From NCBI GenBank assembly GCA_023957125.1, contig JAMLHL010000005.1, positions 61 to 64,060 of the forward strand: a stretch of 64,000 nt of DNA, written 5' to 3'. The position numbers and the translations under genes were made by a program. Positions 25,840 to 35,565 of the stretch are shown here, one piece after another; position 1 is the stretch's first letter; each line of letters begins with the position of its first letter. Under the pieces are notes generated by a model. That model was not told the DNA's origin and searched no databases. It saw only the letters and a program-made list of their open reading frames with translations. The DNA comes from Chitinophagaceae bacterium. Its GTDB lineage: Bacteria; Bacteroidota; Bacteroidia; Chitinophagales; Chitinophagaceae.

Positions 25840-27966
25840 ATGGAAAAAATAAACTGGAAGGTGGAGGGTATGGATTGTTCCAGTTGCGCCCTTACCATCC
25901 GCAAATATCTCGAAAAGGAAGGCGCCCGCAATGTGAGGGTAAATTTTGTGGATGGCGCGGTGGCATTCGACCTGAATAATGGCGCTCCGCTGCAGCAATT
26001 GCGGAAAGGGATCCATGTGTTGGGCTATAAAGTTGCGGGTGCTTCAGATGTTCATAATGATGCAGCAGCCGGGGAAAAAATGAATATACATCTCAGATAT
26101 ACGCTGATATGTCTTCCCTTTACCCTGGTATTGTTCCTGCACATGTTGCATCCCTGGGTCGGCTGGCATTGGCTGGTGGATCCCTGGTTCCAGTTGGTAT
26201 GCTGCCTGCCGGTGTACATCATCGGAATGTCATATTTTGGAAGAAGCGCTTTAAAAAGTATCCGAAACGGCGTGCCCAATATGAACGTTTTGATTGCGCT
26301 GGGCGCTACGGCAGCATTCGGCTACAGTCTTGCCGGCACCCTGATGAACCTGGGGGAAGACTTTCTTTTTTATGAAACCACGGCTACTATTATCACCCTG
26401 GTATTTTTTGGGAATTACATGGAAAGCCGTTCTGTGCAATCCACGCAAAAAGCGTTGCGGAGCCTGGCGAAGTCTCAAACAACGATGGCTAACATGATCG
26501 CTTTTGATGAACATCGCCGGGAAGTTATCCTGCCCGTAGAAAATAAAGATCTTCGTACCGGAGATCTGGTACTGATCAAAAACGGAGAGCTGGTTCCTGC
26601 CGATTGTAAGATTTTATGGGGAGAAGCCAGCGTAAACGAGGCTATCATTACGGGGGAAAGCCTGCCCCGCGAAAAAAAGGGAAAAGATAGGCTGATAGGC
26701 GGCAGCCTCATGGTAGATGGAACCGTAAAAGCCCTGGTAACAGCGCCCACCAGCGAATCCACCCTCGCCAATATTGTTGATCTCGTAAAGCAGGCCCAGT
26801 CGGAAAAGCCCCCGGTACAGCAGATGGCCGATAAGATAAGCGCCATCTTCGTACCGGCTGTTATCGGCATTGCCCTGCTTACTTTCATCATTAATTACTG
26901 GGTAATAAAGGATTTTTCGGGTTCCCTGATGCGAAGCATTGCGGTGCTGGTGATTGCCTGCCCCTGTGCCCTGGGCCTTGCCACGCCCGCTGCGGTGGCT
27001 GTGGGTTTAGGACGCGCGGCCCGCAGGGGAATACTCTTTCGCAACGCCGGAAGCCTGGAACTTTTTAAGGATATCCGGCAGGTGGTATTTGATAAAACGG
27101 GCACGCTTACTACCGGGGAACTGGCCATCTCGCAGATACAAACCATTGCCGGTGATCTGTCGGAAGAAGAGTTGAAACGGGTGGCATATTCGCTTGAAAA
27201 ATATTCGGGGCACCCTATCGCCAAAAGTATTACGACCGCGTGGAAAACCCAAAACGACATCAGGTGGGAAAAGATAGAAGAAATTAAAGGTCTGGGCATC
27301 AAGGCGAGCACTAAGGAGGGTGATGAGTTTTGGGCCGGCTCGTTCAGGATAGCATCGGGGCTAACCACGGATCCCACACATGATGTATATATCGTCAAAA
27401 ACAATGAGCTGCTCGGTTGGATAGATATAAGCGATGAAATCCGCCCCGAAGCCCGGCAGGTCATTAATTATCTGCACCGCAAGGGTATCACCACTTATTT
27501 GTTAAGCGGCGACCGTTCGGCAAAATGCGAAAAACTGGCCGGGGAGCTTCATATAGATCACGTATTTGCCGAACAAACGCCCGAACAGAAGCTAACGGTT
27601 ATAGCATCACTGTCTTCACAAGCGCCTACCGCGATGGTGGGGGACGGCATCAATGACGCGCCGGCGCTTGCCAAAGCTACCATCGGTATTTCATTGAGCG
27701 ACGCCTCCCAGGTGGCTATTCAAACGGCAGATGTGGTGCTGATGAATCACGGGCTTAAAAATCTCCCGCTATCGCTGGGGTTGGGAAAGCATACGTTTAT
27801 TACCATCCGCCAGAACCTGTTTTGGGCCTTTTGTTATAACATTGTTGCGATTCCTGTGGCAGCGCTGGGCTTTTTGAATCCCATGTTCGGCGCTCTGGCG
27901 ATGGGGCTCAGCGACGTGGTGCTGGCGATCAACTCCGGCAGGCTGTTTGTGAAAAAGGTGGTGTAA
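25840..27966 (+). CDS. heavy-metal (copper-type) translocating P-type ATPase
   Basis: 708 aa. N-terminal HMA domain (GMDCSSCA), the CPC motif (ACPCALGLATP), DKTGTLT and GDGINDAP. Confidence 0.9.
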   Translation: MEKINWKVEGMDCSSCALTIRKYLEKEGARNVRVNFVDGAVAFDLNNGAPLQQLRKGIHVLGYKVAGASDVHNDAAAGEKMNIHLRYTLICLPFTLVLFLHMLHPWVGWHWLVDPWFQLVCCLPVYIIGMSYFGRSALKSIRNGVPNMNVLIALGATAAFGYSLAGTLMNLGEDFLFYETTATIITLVFFGNYMESRSVQSTQKALRSLAKSQTTMANMIAFDEHRREVILPVENKDLRTGDLVLIKNGELVPADCKILWGEASVNEAIITGESLPREKKGKDRLIGGSLMVDGTVKALVTAPTSESTLANIVDLVKQAQSEKPPVQQMADKISAIFVPAVIGIALLTFIINYWVIKDFSGSLMRSIAVLVIACPCALGLATPAAVAVGLGRAARRGILFRNAGSLELFKDIRQVVFDKTGTLTTGELAISQIQTIAGDLSEEELKRVAYSLEKYSGHPIAKSITTAWKTQNDIRWEKIEEIKGLGIKASTKEGDEFWAGSFRIASGLTTDPTHDVYIVKNNELLGWIDISDEIRPEARQVINYLHRKGITTYLLSGDRSAKCEKLAGELHIDHVFAEQTPEQKLTVIASLSSQAPTAMVGDGINDAPALAKATIGISLSDASQVAIQTADVVLMNHGLKNLPLSLGLGKHTFITIRQNLFWAFCYNIVAIPVAALGFLNPMFGALAMGLSDVVLAINSGRLFVKKVV

Positions 27967-27981
27967 AACGGCGTGCCGGCA

Positions 27982-29700
27982 TCACCGTGTAAAAGTGTAG
28001 GTTTGTTCGGTAATATTACCTGCTTCATCAGCCACACTGATTTTTAAAGAATGTTTACCGGGAGGACAATGGTCGTCAAAGCGATAGATATGTTTCTTTC
28101 CTTTATCATTGGTAAACATCAGCCATTTGCCGTCTAACTCGGCTCTGAAATTTTTAACCGTCCCCAGGTTATCTGTTGCCGTAAACACCAGGCTTGCAGC
28201 CTTACTCATGTTCTGACCGTTTGTGAAGCCAACCGGAATGATCCGGGGCGGGGTTTTATCCAATACCAGTTGGAAACTTCCAAAGCTTCCAAAACTGGCC
28301 GTTGCCCAGCCGTTTTGCCACTGAGGTTTTACCACTTCTTTTTTTGTTCCCGAAAAGCGTTGAATAACCGTTCGGCTCATATCCTCCGGGGTAAGCGCCG
28401 TGTCAGGTTTTATACGCAATATAAGACCTTCCTGCAGCGGTATCCGGTCAGACCCGATAGTGTGTGTTGCGGAAACCACTTCCGGAATGGAAGAAACGGT
28501 TCTCCGGTAGCCGATCCGTGCGGAATCATACAGCCCCTTTTCGCCGATATAGAATTCACAATCCTCACTTCCTTCACCCACATTCACCATTAACGGATAG
28601 CTGGTTTTTCCTGCTGCCGGAACCGGGGTATAGGCACCCGGCTTGTATTGCACCTTAAATTGTAAGGTTGCGGTGTTGTTGTAGCCATCCTTAATTTCGA
28701 TACGGAAATGATGCGGGCTTCCCTCTGTAAGCCGTATCACGCCATTCCCGGTTTTCTGCCTGTAAATACTGTTGATATATCCGGGCAATTCCGACAAATG
28801 CTGAAGGTAGGGTCCGTTGCCTGCCCGGGTTTTATAATCAATATGGGCATTTATATACCGGGTATTATTATAGCTGATCGTATCCATCGCAAAACGGATC
28901 ACTTCTTTATTATTATCATACAGTATCCCCTCGAAGATACCATTGTGGTTGGGCGCGGCAGACTGCTGATCGAAGGCGCTAACGGCAAAGCTCACCCTGT
29001 CTGAAGAAACCGTGATCACCGGGGGAACCGTAACATAGCCGTCGGGTGTTTGTTTCACGGCAATCATTTGGGGCGATTGTTCGTAGGTGCTTTTGTTGCG
29101 GTTGTAAACCGCTATTCGTTGAATAACCGGTGGAATATTATCAGCGATGGGAAACCCGAATAAAATAGGATTCAGGTTGGTGTCGGTAGCCGTATTGCGG
29201 ATCTCAAAATGAAGGTGAGGCCCCATTGATCCGCCGGTATTGCCGCTTTTGGCGATGACCTGCCCTTGTTTTACGGGAAATTTCCCTTCGGGAAAAGTCA
29301 GATATACGTTCCAGGATTCCCTGAGGTATTGTTGTTCTTTAACGTATTCCTCAAGTTCGGAAAAAAAAGAGTTTAAATGAGCATATACTGTTGTAAGCCC
29401 GTTGGGATGATTGATATACACGGCTTTTCCATAGCCGAAGGGTTCCACCTTGATCCTTGCGACATACCCGTCTGCCGCTGCATGTACCGGCAGGTTTTCC
29501 ATCCGGTTGGTTTTTAGATCAAGCCCCATATGATAATGATTGGGACGGAGCTCCCCAAAGTTGCCGGATAAAGTTGCCGGTATGTTTAAAGGTTTGATGA
29601 AATATCCTTTTGGATAAGCATCCGGCCGGCTTTGAGCGAATGAAGGGATCCCGTTAAGCAGGCACCAAAAGAAGTAAAATAAAGTCAATATTCTCCACAT
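27982..29700 (-). CDS. M23-family metallopeptidase
   Basis: 572 aa with a signal peptide. HxxxD (NHYHMGLD) and HLH (GPHLHFEI) are M23 motifs. The C-terminal extension is long. Confidence 0.85.
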   Translation of the reverse strand: MWRILTLFYFFWCLLNGIPSFAQSRPDAYPKGYFIKPLNIPATLSGNFGELRPNHYHMGLDLKTNRMENLPVHAAADGYVARIKVEPFGYGKAVYINHPNGLTTVYAHLNSFFSELEEYVKEQQYLRESWNVYLTFPEGKFPVKQGQVIAKSGNTGGSMGPHLHFEIRNTATDTNLNPILFGFPIADNIPPVIQRIAVYNRNKSTYEQSPQMIAVKQTPDGYVTVPPVITVSSDRVSFAVSAFDQQSAAPNHNGIFEGILYDNNKEVIRFAMDTISYNNTRYINAHIDYKTRAGNGPYLQHLSELPGYINSIYRQKTGNGVIRLTEGSPHHFRIEIKDGYNNTATLQFKVQYKPGAYTPVPAAGKTSYPLMVNVGEGSEDCEFYIGEKGLYDSARIGYRRTVSSIPEVVSATHTIGSDRIPLQEGLILRIKPDTALTPEDMSRTVIQRFSGTKKEVVKPQWQNGWATASFGSFGSFQLVLDKTPPRIIPVGFTNGQNMSKAASLVFTATDNLGTVKNFRAELDGKWLMFTNDKGKKHIYRFDDHCPPGKHSLKISVADEAGNITEQTYTFTR

Positions 29701-29787
29701 AAAGTTTGCAATATAGGCAATGCCCCAACCAAAGAAACGGACAGGTTGTTAAAAAATTCATTCCCATTAATTCTGGCATCTTCTTTG

Positions 29788-29795
29788 CAAATATA
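29788..29795 (-). promoter_or_regulatory. -7 promoter box TATATTTG
   Basis: Minus-strand match 87 nt upstream of the M23 peptidase start. Confidence 0.4.
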
Positions 29796-29841
29796 TAGAT
29801 GCTGCTATAATTCAGGCGTTGCGCGGGTTTGAGTACAGTGA

Positions 29842-29851
29842 GATAATTATC
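29842..29851. promoter_or_regulatory. perfect palindrome GATAATTATC (Fur-box-like), copy 1
   Basis: Seen directly. It lies 5 nt upstream of the plus-strand -7 box at 29857-29864. Confidence 0.5.
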
Positions 29852-29856
29852 GGAAA

Positions 29857-29864
29857 TATTTTTG
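29857..29864 (+). promoter_or_regulatory. -7 promoter box TATTTTTG with no annotated downstream gene
   Basis: Plus-strand TAnnTTTG match inside the 866-bp gap between the M23 peptidase and carB. Confidence 0.4.
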
Positions 29865-29966
29865 ACGGAGTTTGAAATGGGTTTTATTCTTTGAAAAAAG
29901 GATAGGCTGCAAAGAGGTGGAATACCCCGATTGGGGTATCGGGTGTCCGAAACGGGATTGATAAAT

Positions 29967-29976
29967 GATAATTATC
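29967..29976. promoter_or_regulatory. perfect palindrome GATAATTATC (Fur-box-like), copy 2
   Basis: Its context is TTGATAAATGATAATTATC, which resembles tandem GATAAT hexamers. Confidence 0.5.
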
Positions 29977-30093
29977 TGTAAAAAGCCCAAAAAACCCTGA
30001 AAAGAATACACTTTTTTGAAACTATTATACAGCGTTTTGCGTCTATATATTGTCTATTGTATATAATGTTGAATCCTTTAAAAATGGAATGTT

Positions 30094-30288
30094 ATGAAAG
30101 AAGTAAAAAATAAGCTGGCGCTGAAAGCAGCCATCTTGGCCGGGTCGGTGGTTGGGGCTTTCAAAGGAGAAATAGCCAAACTGAGATTTATCGTGAAGAT
30201 GAAGAACAAGTTTGAGATTCATAACAGGATTCGACAACACCAGATTTTGTTAGATGAATTTGAATTGTCTGCCTTTCATACCAGTTGA
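30094..30288 (+). CDS. hypothetical small protein (64 aa)
   Basis: The ORF is MKEVKNKLALKAAILAGSVVGAFKGEIAKL.... A strong intrinsic terminator follows about 30 nt downstream. No homology recognised. Confidence 0.35.
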   Translation: MKEVKNKLALKAAILAGSVVGAFKGEIAKLRFIVKMKNKFEIHNRIRQHQILLDEFELSAFHTS

Positions 30289-30316
30289 GGCGGGACCTGC
30301 AATAATATGATTTTCA

Positions 30317-30345
30317 AAGACACTTTAAGGAGTGTCTTTTTTTTT
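30317..30345 (+). terminator. rho-independent terminator (AAGACACT-TTAAGG-AGTGTCTT plus T-run)
   Basis: Perfect 8-bp stem, 6-nt loop and a following T-run. Confidence 0.75.
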
Positions 30346-30481
30346 GCCATAGCAGGTTTCAACCGTTACCGGGGTGTTTCATCAGTTGCTTTTTTTATTT
30401 TTTACCTGCATCTTTCCGTCCGGTTTATTCACCGGTATATGAAATTTTAATGGTTGAATACCGGAATTTATTTTTCATCCC

Positions 30482-30489
30482 TTACCTTT
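30482..30489 (+). promoter_or_regulatory. -7 promoter box TACCTTTG
   Basis: 77 nt upstream of the carB ATG at 30567. Confidence 0.45.
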
Positions 30490-30566
30490 GTCCGGTTTTT
30501 TCAGTGCCGACCATCGGTGGTTTATACCGAAAATGCCCGCCGGATTCTTCAAATGATTATCATAAA

Positions 30567-33443
30567 ATGCCTAAAGACAATTCTATTAAAACAGTACTGA
30601 TCATAGGATCAGGCCCTATTATTATCGGACAAGCATGCGAGTTTGACTACTCCGGGAGCCAGGCTGCCCGAAGCCTCAGGGAGGAAGGAGTGAAAGTAAT
30701 TTTAATCAACAGCAATCCTGCTACCATCATGACCGATCCTATGATGGCCGACCGGGTTTATCTGTTACCCCTCACGGTGGAGAGCCTGGAGCAGATCCTG
30801 AACGAAAACCAGATTGATGCGGTATTGCCTACGATGGGTGGGCAAACGGCGCTGAACCTGGCTAAAGAGGCCAACGATCTGGGTATTTGGGAAAAATACG
30901 GGATACGGTTGATTGGCGTGGATATTAAAGCAATAGACAAAGCGGAAGACCGGGAGCTTTTCAGGGAATGGATGATCCGGTTAGGTATTCCCGTGGCTCC
31001 GGCCAGAATTGCCAATTCTTTTTTAGAAGGGAAAGAAATAGCCCAGGAAATTGGATTTCCTCTGGTAATACGACCGTCTTATACGCTGGGGGGTACCGGG
31101 GGAGGATTTGTAATGGCCAGAGAAAACCTGGATGATGCGCTCAACAGGGGGCTGTCGGCCTCACCCATACATGAAGTGCTGGTGGAGAAGGCGGTGTTGG
31201 GCTGGAAAGAATTTGAATTGGAATTGCTGCGGGATGACGCGGACAATGTGGCTATAATATGCACCGTGGAAAATTTTGACCCGATGGGGGTTCATACCGG
31301 TGATTCCATAACGGTGGCGCCGGCAATGACTTTGAGCGACAGGGCCTTCCAGTTGATGCGGAATACGTCTATACGGATGATGCGCGACCTGGGTAATTTT
31401 GCCGGGGGCTGTAATATTCAGTTTGCGCTGAATCCGGAAACGGAGGAGATATTGTCTATTGAAATCAATCCCAGGGTAAGCCGTTCTTCTGCTTTAGCCT
31501 CGAAGGCCACGGGTTATCCTATAGCCAAGATCGCGACCAAACTGGCTATAGGATATACGCTGGATGAACTGAAGAATCAGATCACCCAGTCTACCTCTGC
31601 TTATTTTGAACCGACGCTGGATTATGTTATTGTGAAAGTACCCCGCTGGAATTTTGATAAGTTCAAAGGGGCAGACGATACGCTCGGACTACAGATGAAA
31701 TCCGTAGGTGAAGTGATGTCTATCGGGCGAAGCTTTACGGAAGCTATCCAGAAAGCCTGCCAGAGCCTGGAGAATGAAGCTGTGGGTTTGGGGTATTACG
31801 GGAAAAGTATGATGCGCCACGAAGAAGTGGTTGAATATATAAAAACTCCCAGATGGGACCGGATCTTCAGGATCAAAGATGCCCTGATGATGGGCGTTAG
31901 TGTTAAAACCATTTGTGAAGCAACCGGGATAGACCGCTGGTTTATTTACCAGATCCAGAAGATCGCCAATATTGAAAAGAAAATAGCCGCCTGCACCCTT
32001 CAGACTTTACCCGACGACCTGCTTATTGAAGCCAAACACAACGGGTTCAGCGATGAACAGATCTGCAGGATCATGAAGGAAGGAAGGGATGAGGAAATTT
32101 ATGAACGAAGAAAAAAAATGGGGCTGACGCGCGTATATAAAATGGTGGATACCTGTGCGGCAGAGTTCGAAGCTGAGACGCCTTATTTTTACTCCTGTTT
32201 TGAAACTCCTTCCGTTTCTAATGGCGCTGAGACGGGTATTACCCAAAATGAGAGTTTGGTTCACAATACCAAACGCAGGGCAGGCGCCACAAAAGGATCT
32301 GTTATAGTGCTGGGATCCGGTCCTAACAGGATCGGACAGGGAATTGAATTTGATTATTGTTGCGTACATGGTTTGTTAGCCCTCAAAGAATGTGGTTACG
32401 AGGCCATCATGGTTAATTGTAACCCCGAAACGGTTTCAACCGATTTTGATGTGGCCGACAAACTATATTTTGAACCTGTTTTTTGGGAACACCTGTGGGA
32501 GATCATAGAATATGAAAAGCCGGTGGGCGTGATCGTACAATTAGGCGGTCAAACGGCATTGAAACTGGCCAAACGGTTGAATGAAAAAGGTATCAGGATC
32601 ATTGGTACATCCTTTGATAATATGGATATTGCCGAAGATCGCGGCCGTTTCAGCGATCTGCTGAAAGAACTGGAAATTCCTTATCCTAAATACGGAACAG
32701 CCCACGATTCTGATGAAGCCATAGAGGTGGCCAAGCAGGTGGGATATCCTGTGCTGGTACGCCCAAGTTATGTTTTGGGTGGACAAAGGATGCGGATCGT
32801 GTTGAATGATGAGGAACTCGAAAACAGTGTCCTCAGCCTGGTAAAACATCTCCCGGGAAATAAGATCCTGATAGATCAGTTCCTCGATCGCTGCCAGGAA
32901 GCCGAAATAGACGCCATTTTCGACGGAGAGACCTTTCATGTAATGGGGGTGATGGAACATATTGAACCGGCAGGAATACACAGTGGCGACAGCAACGCCG
33001 TGCTTCCTGCTTTCAACCTCAGCCCGCTGGAAGTAACTACCATGGAATTATATGCCGAAAAAATTGCCCGCAGGCTGAACATTAAGGGTTTAATTAATGT
33101 TCAATTTGCCATTAAAGACGGGGTAGTATATGTCATCGAGGCAAACCCCCGGGCATCGCGTACCACCCCGTTCATTGCAAAAGCCTACCAGGTGCCTTAC
33201 CTGAATATTGCCACCAAAGTAATGCTGGATGAGGTAAAACTTAAAGATCTGAAATTTGAGAAGAAATTAAAGGGCTTTGCGATGAAGGAGCCTGTATTCA
33301 GCTTTAATAAGTTTCCCGGTGTTAATAAAGAACTGGGCCCGGAAATGAAGTCCACCGGTGAGGCCATCCGGTTTATCAGGGATTTGCGCGATCCTTATTT
33401 CCGGACGTTGTATAGAGAGAGAAGCATGCACTTAAGTAAATAA
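30567..33443 (+). CDS. carB: carbamoyl-phosphate synthase large subunit
   Basis: Two ATP-grasp halves (VLIIGSGPIIIGQACEFDYSG and VIVLGSGPNRIGQGIEFDYC). The start is taken at MPKDNSIKT, because the track's upstream extension overlaps the promoter box. Confidence 0.95.
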   Translation: MPKDNSIKTVLIIGSGPIIIGQACEFDYSGSQAARSLREEGVKVILINSNPATIMTDPMMADRVYLLPLTVESLEQILNENQIDAVLPTMGGQTALNLAKEANDLGIWEKYGIRLIGVDIKAIDKAEDRELFREWMIRLGIPVAPARIANSFLEGKEIAQEIGFPLVIRPSYTLGGTGGGFVMARENLDDALNRGLSASPIHEVLVEKAVLGWKEFELELLRDDADNVAIICTVENFDPMGVHTGDSITVAPAMTLSDRAFQLMRNTSIRMMRDLGNFAGGCNIQFALNPETEEILSIEINPRVSRSSALASKATGYPIAKIATKLAIGYTLDELKNQITQSTSAYFEPTLDYVIVKVPRWNFDKFKGADDTLGLQMKSVGEVMSIGRSFTEAIQKACQSLENEAVGLGYYGKSMMRHEEVVEYIKTPRWDRIFRIKDALMMGVSVKTICEATGIDRWFIYQIQKIANIEKKIAACTLQTLPDDLLIEAKHNGFSDEQICRIMKEGRDEEIYERRKKMGLTRVYKMVDTCAAEFEAETPYFYSCFETPSVSNGAETGITQNESLVHNTKRRAGATKGSVIVLGSGPNRIGQGIEFDYCCVHGLLALKECGYEAIMVNCNPETVSTDFDVADKLYFEPVFWEHLWEIIEYEKPVGVIVQLGGQTALKLAKRLNEKGIRIIGTSFDNMDIAEDRGRFSDLLKELEIPYPKYGTAHDSDEAIEVAKQVGYPVLVRPSYVLGGQRMRIVLNDEELENSVLSLVKHLPGNKILIDQFLDRCQEAEIDAIFDGETFHVMGVMEHIEPAGIHSGDSNAVLPAFNLSPLEVTTMELYAEKIARRLNIKGLINVQFAIKDGVVYVIEANPRASRTTPFIAKAYQVPYLNIATKVMLDEVKLKDLKFEKKLKGFAMKEPVFSFNKFPGVNKELGPEMKSTGEAIRFIRDLRDPYFRTLYRERSMHLSK

Positions 33444-33457
33444 TTCAATATTCATGC

Positions 33458-34747
33458 ATGTTACAGGTTAATGTCATAAGACAGGATGCGGGTTATGTGA
33501 AGGAGCGGCTTGCCGTAAAGGGGTTTTCCGACCTGTTTCTTGTGGATGAGATCCTTGCGTTAGACGATCGGCGAAAAAAACTACAGTTGGATCTTGAACA
33601 GTTGCAATCGAGGGTAAACAGCAGTTCAAAAGCAATCGGACAACTGATTGCCAAAGGACAAAAGGCAGAAGCGGAAGCCGAAAAGCAATCGGTGGCTGCC
33701 TGTAAATCGCAGATGAGTGAATTGAATTCACAGCTCGCTGAAGCGGAAAAACTTTTGCAGGATGCCCTGCTGAGACTGCCCAACCTTCCTTCCGAAAAAG
33801 TACCGCCCGGGAAAACGCCCGAAGACAATGTGGTGGTGCGGGAGGGAGGCTTGCAGCCACAGTTGGGGAATGATGCGCTTCCCCATTGGGATTTGATTAA
33901 AAACTATGGTATTGTAGATTTTGAAACCGGGTCTAAAATCACCGGTACCGGTTTCCCGCTTTATAAGGGGCTGGGCGCGAAACTGCAGAGGGCGCTGGTG
34001 AGCTATTTCCTCGACTTCAATACCGCTGCAGGCTATATCGAATTTTTGCCTCCTTTTATGGTCAATGAGGCGTCGGGATATGGCACCGGGCAATTGCCGG
34101 ATAAAGAAGGCCAGATGTACTATATGCCGGCCGATAATTATTATCTGATCCCTACGGCAGAAGTGCCGGTGACCAATATTTACCGGGATGAAATTATTAA
34201 GGAGGAAAATCTGCCTGTTAAAATGACGGCCTATTCTCCCTGTTTCAGGAGAGAAGCCGGAAGCTTTGGCAAGGACGTGCGCGGGCTAAACAGGGTGCAC
34301 CAGTTTGAAAAAGTGGAAATTGTACAGATTACGCATCCGGATAAAAGCTATGATGTATTGGAAGAAATGGTAAATCATGTGGAAAAACTGTTGAACACCC
34401 TGCAACTCCCCTATCGTATTTTAAAATTATGCGGTGGCGACATGAGTTTTACTTCCGCGCTTACCTACGATTTTGAGGTGTATAGCGCTGCACAGAACCG
34501 TTGGCTGGAAGTGAGTTCGGTGAGTAATTTTGAGACCTACCAGGCTAACCGGGCAAAGATCAGGTTTAAAGACAGAGTAGGAAAAAACCGGCTGGTGCAT
34601 ACTTTAAACGGCAGTTCCCTGGCTCTGCCCCGGATCTTCGCCGCCCTTCTTGAAAACAACCAGCAGGCAAACCACATTGCGTTACCGGAGATATTGCATT
34701 CCTATTTTGGAGCAGACCGGATAACCCTGCCCGCAACACCATTATAA
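33458..34747 (+). CDS. serS: serine--tRNA ligase
   Basis: 429 aa with an N-terminal coiled-coil arm and class II motifs (FRREAGS, GSSLALPR). Confidence 0.95.
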   Translation: MLQVNVIRQDAGYVKERLAVKGFSDLFLVDEILALDDRRKKLQLDLEQLQSRVNSSSKAIGQLIAKGQKAEAEAEKQSVAACKSQMSELNSQLAEAEKLLQDALLRLPNLPSEKVPPGKTPEDNVVVREGGLQPQLGNDALPHWDLIKNYGIVDFETGSKITGTGFPLYKGLGAKLQRALVSYFLDFNTAAGYIEFLPPFMVNEASGYGTGQLPDKEGQMYYMPADNYYLIPTAEVPVTNIYRDEIIKEENLPVKMTAYSPCFRREAGSFGKDVRGLNRVHQFEKVEIVQITHPDKSYDVLEEMVNHVEKLLNTLQLPYRILKLCGGDMSFTSALTYDFEVYSAAQNRWLEVSSVSNFETYQANRAKIRFKDRVGKNRLVHTLNGSSLALPRIFAALLENNQQANHIALPEILHSYFGADRITLPATPL

Positions 34748-34765
34748 CACACCCGGGCGTATTAC

Positions 34766-35512
34766 TCACCACTTCCACACTGGATTTTTCACGTCGTGAT
34801 AAAAAAGAAAAGTCCATTTCTTCTGCTGACCTTCCTGCCACCATTGCTGCCGCAGTTCCATGCATTTTCTTCCGTCGTAATCATATTTTGCAATGAACCG
34901 GCTTTTCATCTGGTGGAGTTGAGGAGCATCATCGGCCCCATAAAAAACGGTTTCCCCTTCATCCTCTATCCAAAACACCTGGTGCCACGGGCTATGCGCT
35001 CCGGTAACCTGGTACCGGATATATCCGTCTATTACCCCGTCGCCCTGTAGCAGTTGCACATCAGCTTCCTGTTGCAATTGCTCAAACTCCTCCGTAATAT
35101 AGGAAGGAAACCCTTCCTTTAAGGCAAAGTTTATCTCTTCCTGCTGTACATAATAAGTGGCGTTGGAAAAACTCAGAAAGCGTTGTTTTAACTGCTCATC
35201 GTATTTTGTGATTCCTCCGGCATGGTCTTTATGGAGGTGACTCATCAATACTTTGGTGATTTCTGAAGGATTGATATTGTGTTCAATGCAGTTTTGATGG
35301 ATTTGTAATACACCACCGGCGTCTGCAAAGCCGAGCCCGGTATCAAGCAACAGGATATCTTTTGAAGTAACAACTATAAAAGGCTGGATCTCCACAAGGA
35401 GGCTGCCGGCGGATCTTTTTTGAAGATCGTCATGATTAAGATTAAAAGGAACAAACTGTTTCGACCGGTCAACCGTAAACGCGCCTTCGCTTAATGGAAT
35501 AATTTTCATCAC
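34766..35512 (-). CDS. MBL-fold metallo-hydrolase
   Basis: 248 aa. The HxHxDH motif is present (SHLHKDHAGG). Confidence 0.8.
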   Translation of the reverse strand: MMKIIPLSEGAFTVDRSKQFVPFNLNHDDLQKRSAGSLLVEIQPFIVVTSKDILLLDTGLGFADAGGVLQIHQNCIEHNINPSEITKVLMSHLHKDHAGGITKYDEQLKQRFLSFSNATYYVQQEEINFALKEGFPSYITEEFEQLQQEADVQLLQGDGVIDGYIRYQVTGAHSPWHQVFWIEDEGETVFYGADDAPQLHQMKSRFIAKYDYDGRKCMELRQQWWQEGQQKKWTFLFYHDVKNPVWKW

Positions 35513-35528
35513 ACAAATGTATTGACGA

Positions 35529-35565
35529 ATCTTAAATTTGAAATTTCAAATCTTAAATTTCAAAT
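35529..35565. repeat. AT-rich direct repeat (ATCTTAAATTTSAAAT x2) containing the 16-nt perfect palindrome ATTTGAAATTTCAAAT
   Basis: The repeats are at 35529-35544 and 35550-35565. The palindrome is at 35536-35551. The element lies immediately downstream of the rodA stop. Confidence 0.6.

Noticed and set aside
30043-30240. A 65-aa minus-strand ORF overlapping the 64-aa plus-strand ORF
   Set aside because: Only the plus-strand ORF is followed by a correctly oriented terminator. The minus-strand ORF has no supporting signal.
30450-30566. N-terminal extensions of track ORFs (carB from 30450, also gcvH, tetR, lpxD, the ABC ATPase, gpx, the response regulator and the LTXXQ protein)
   Set aside because: The extensions overlap promoter boxes or upstream genes and lack homology. 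Internal Met codons give canonical N-termini or signal peptides.
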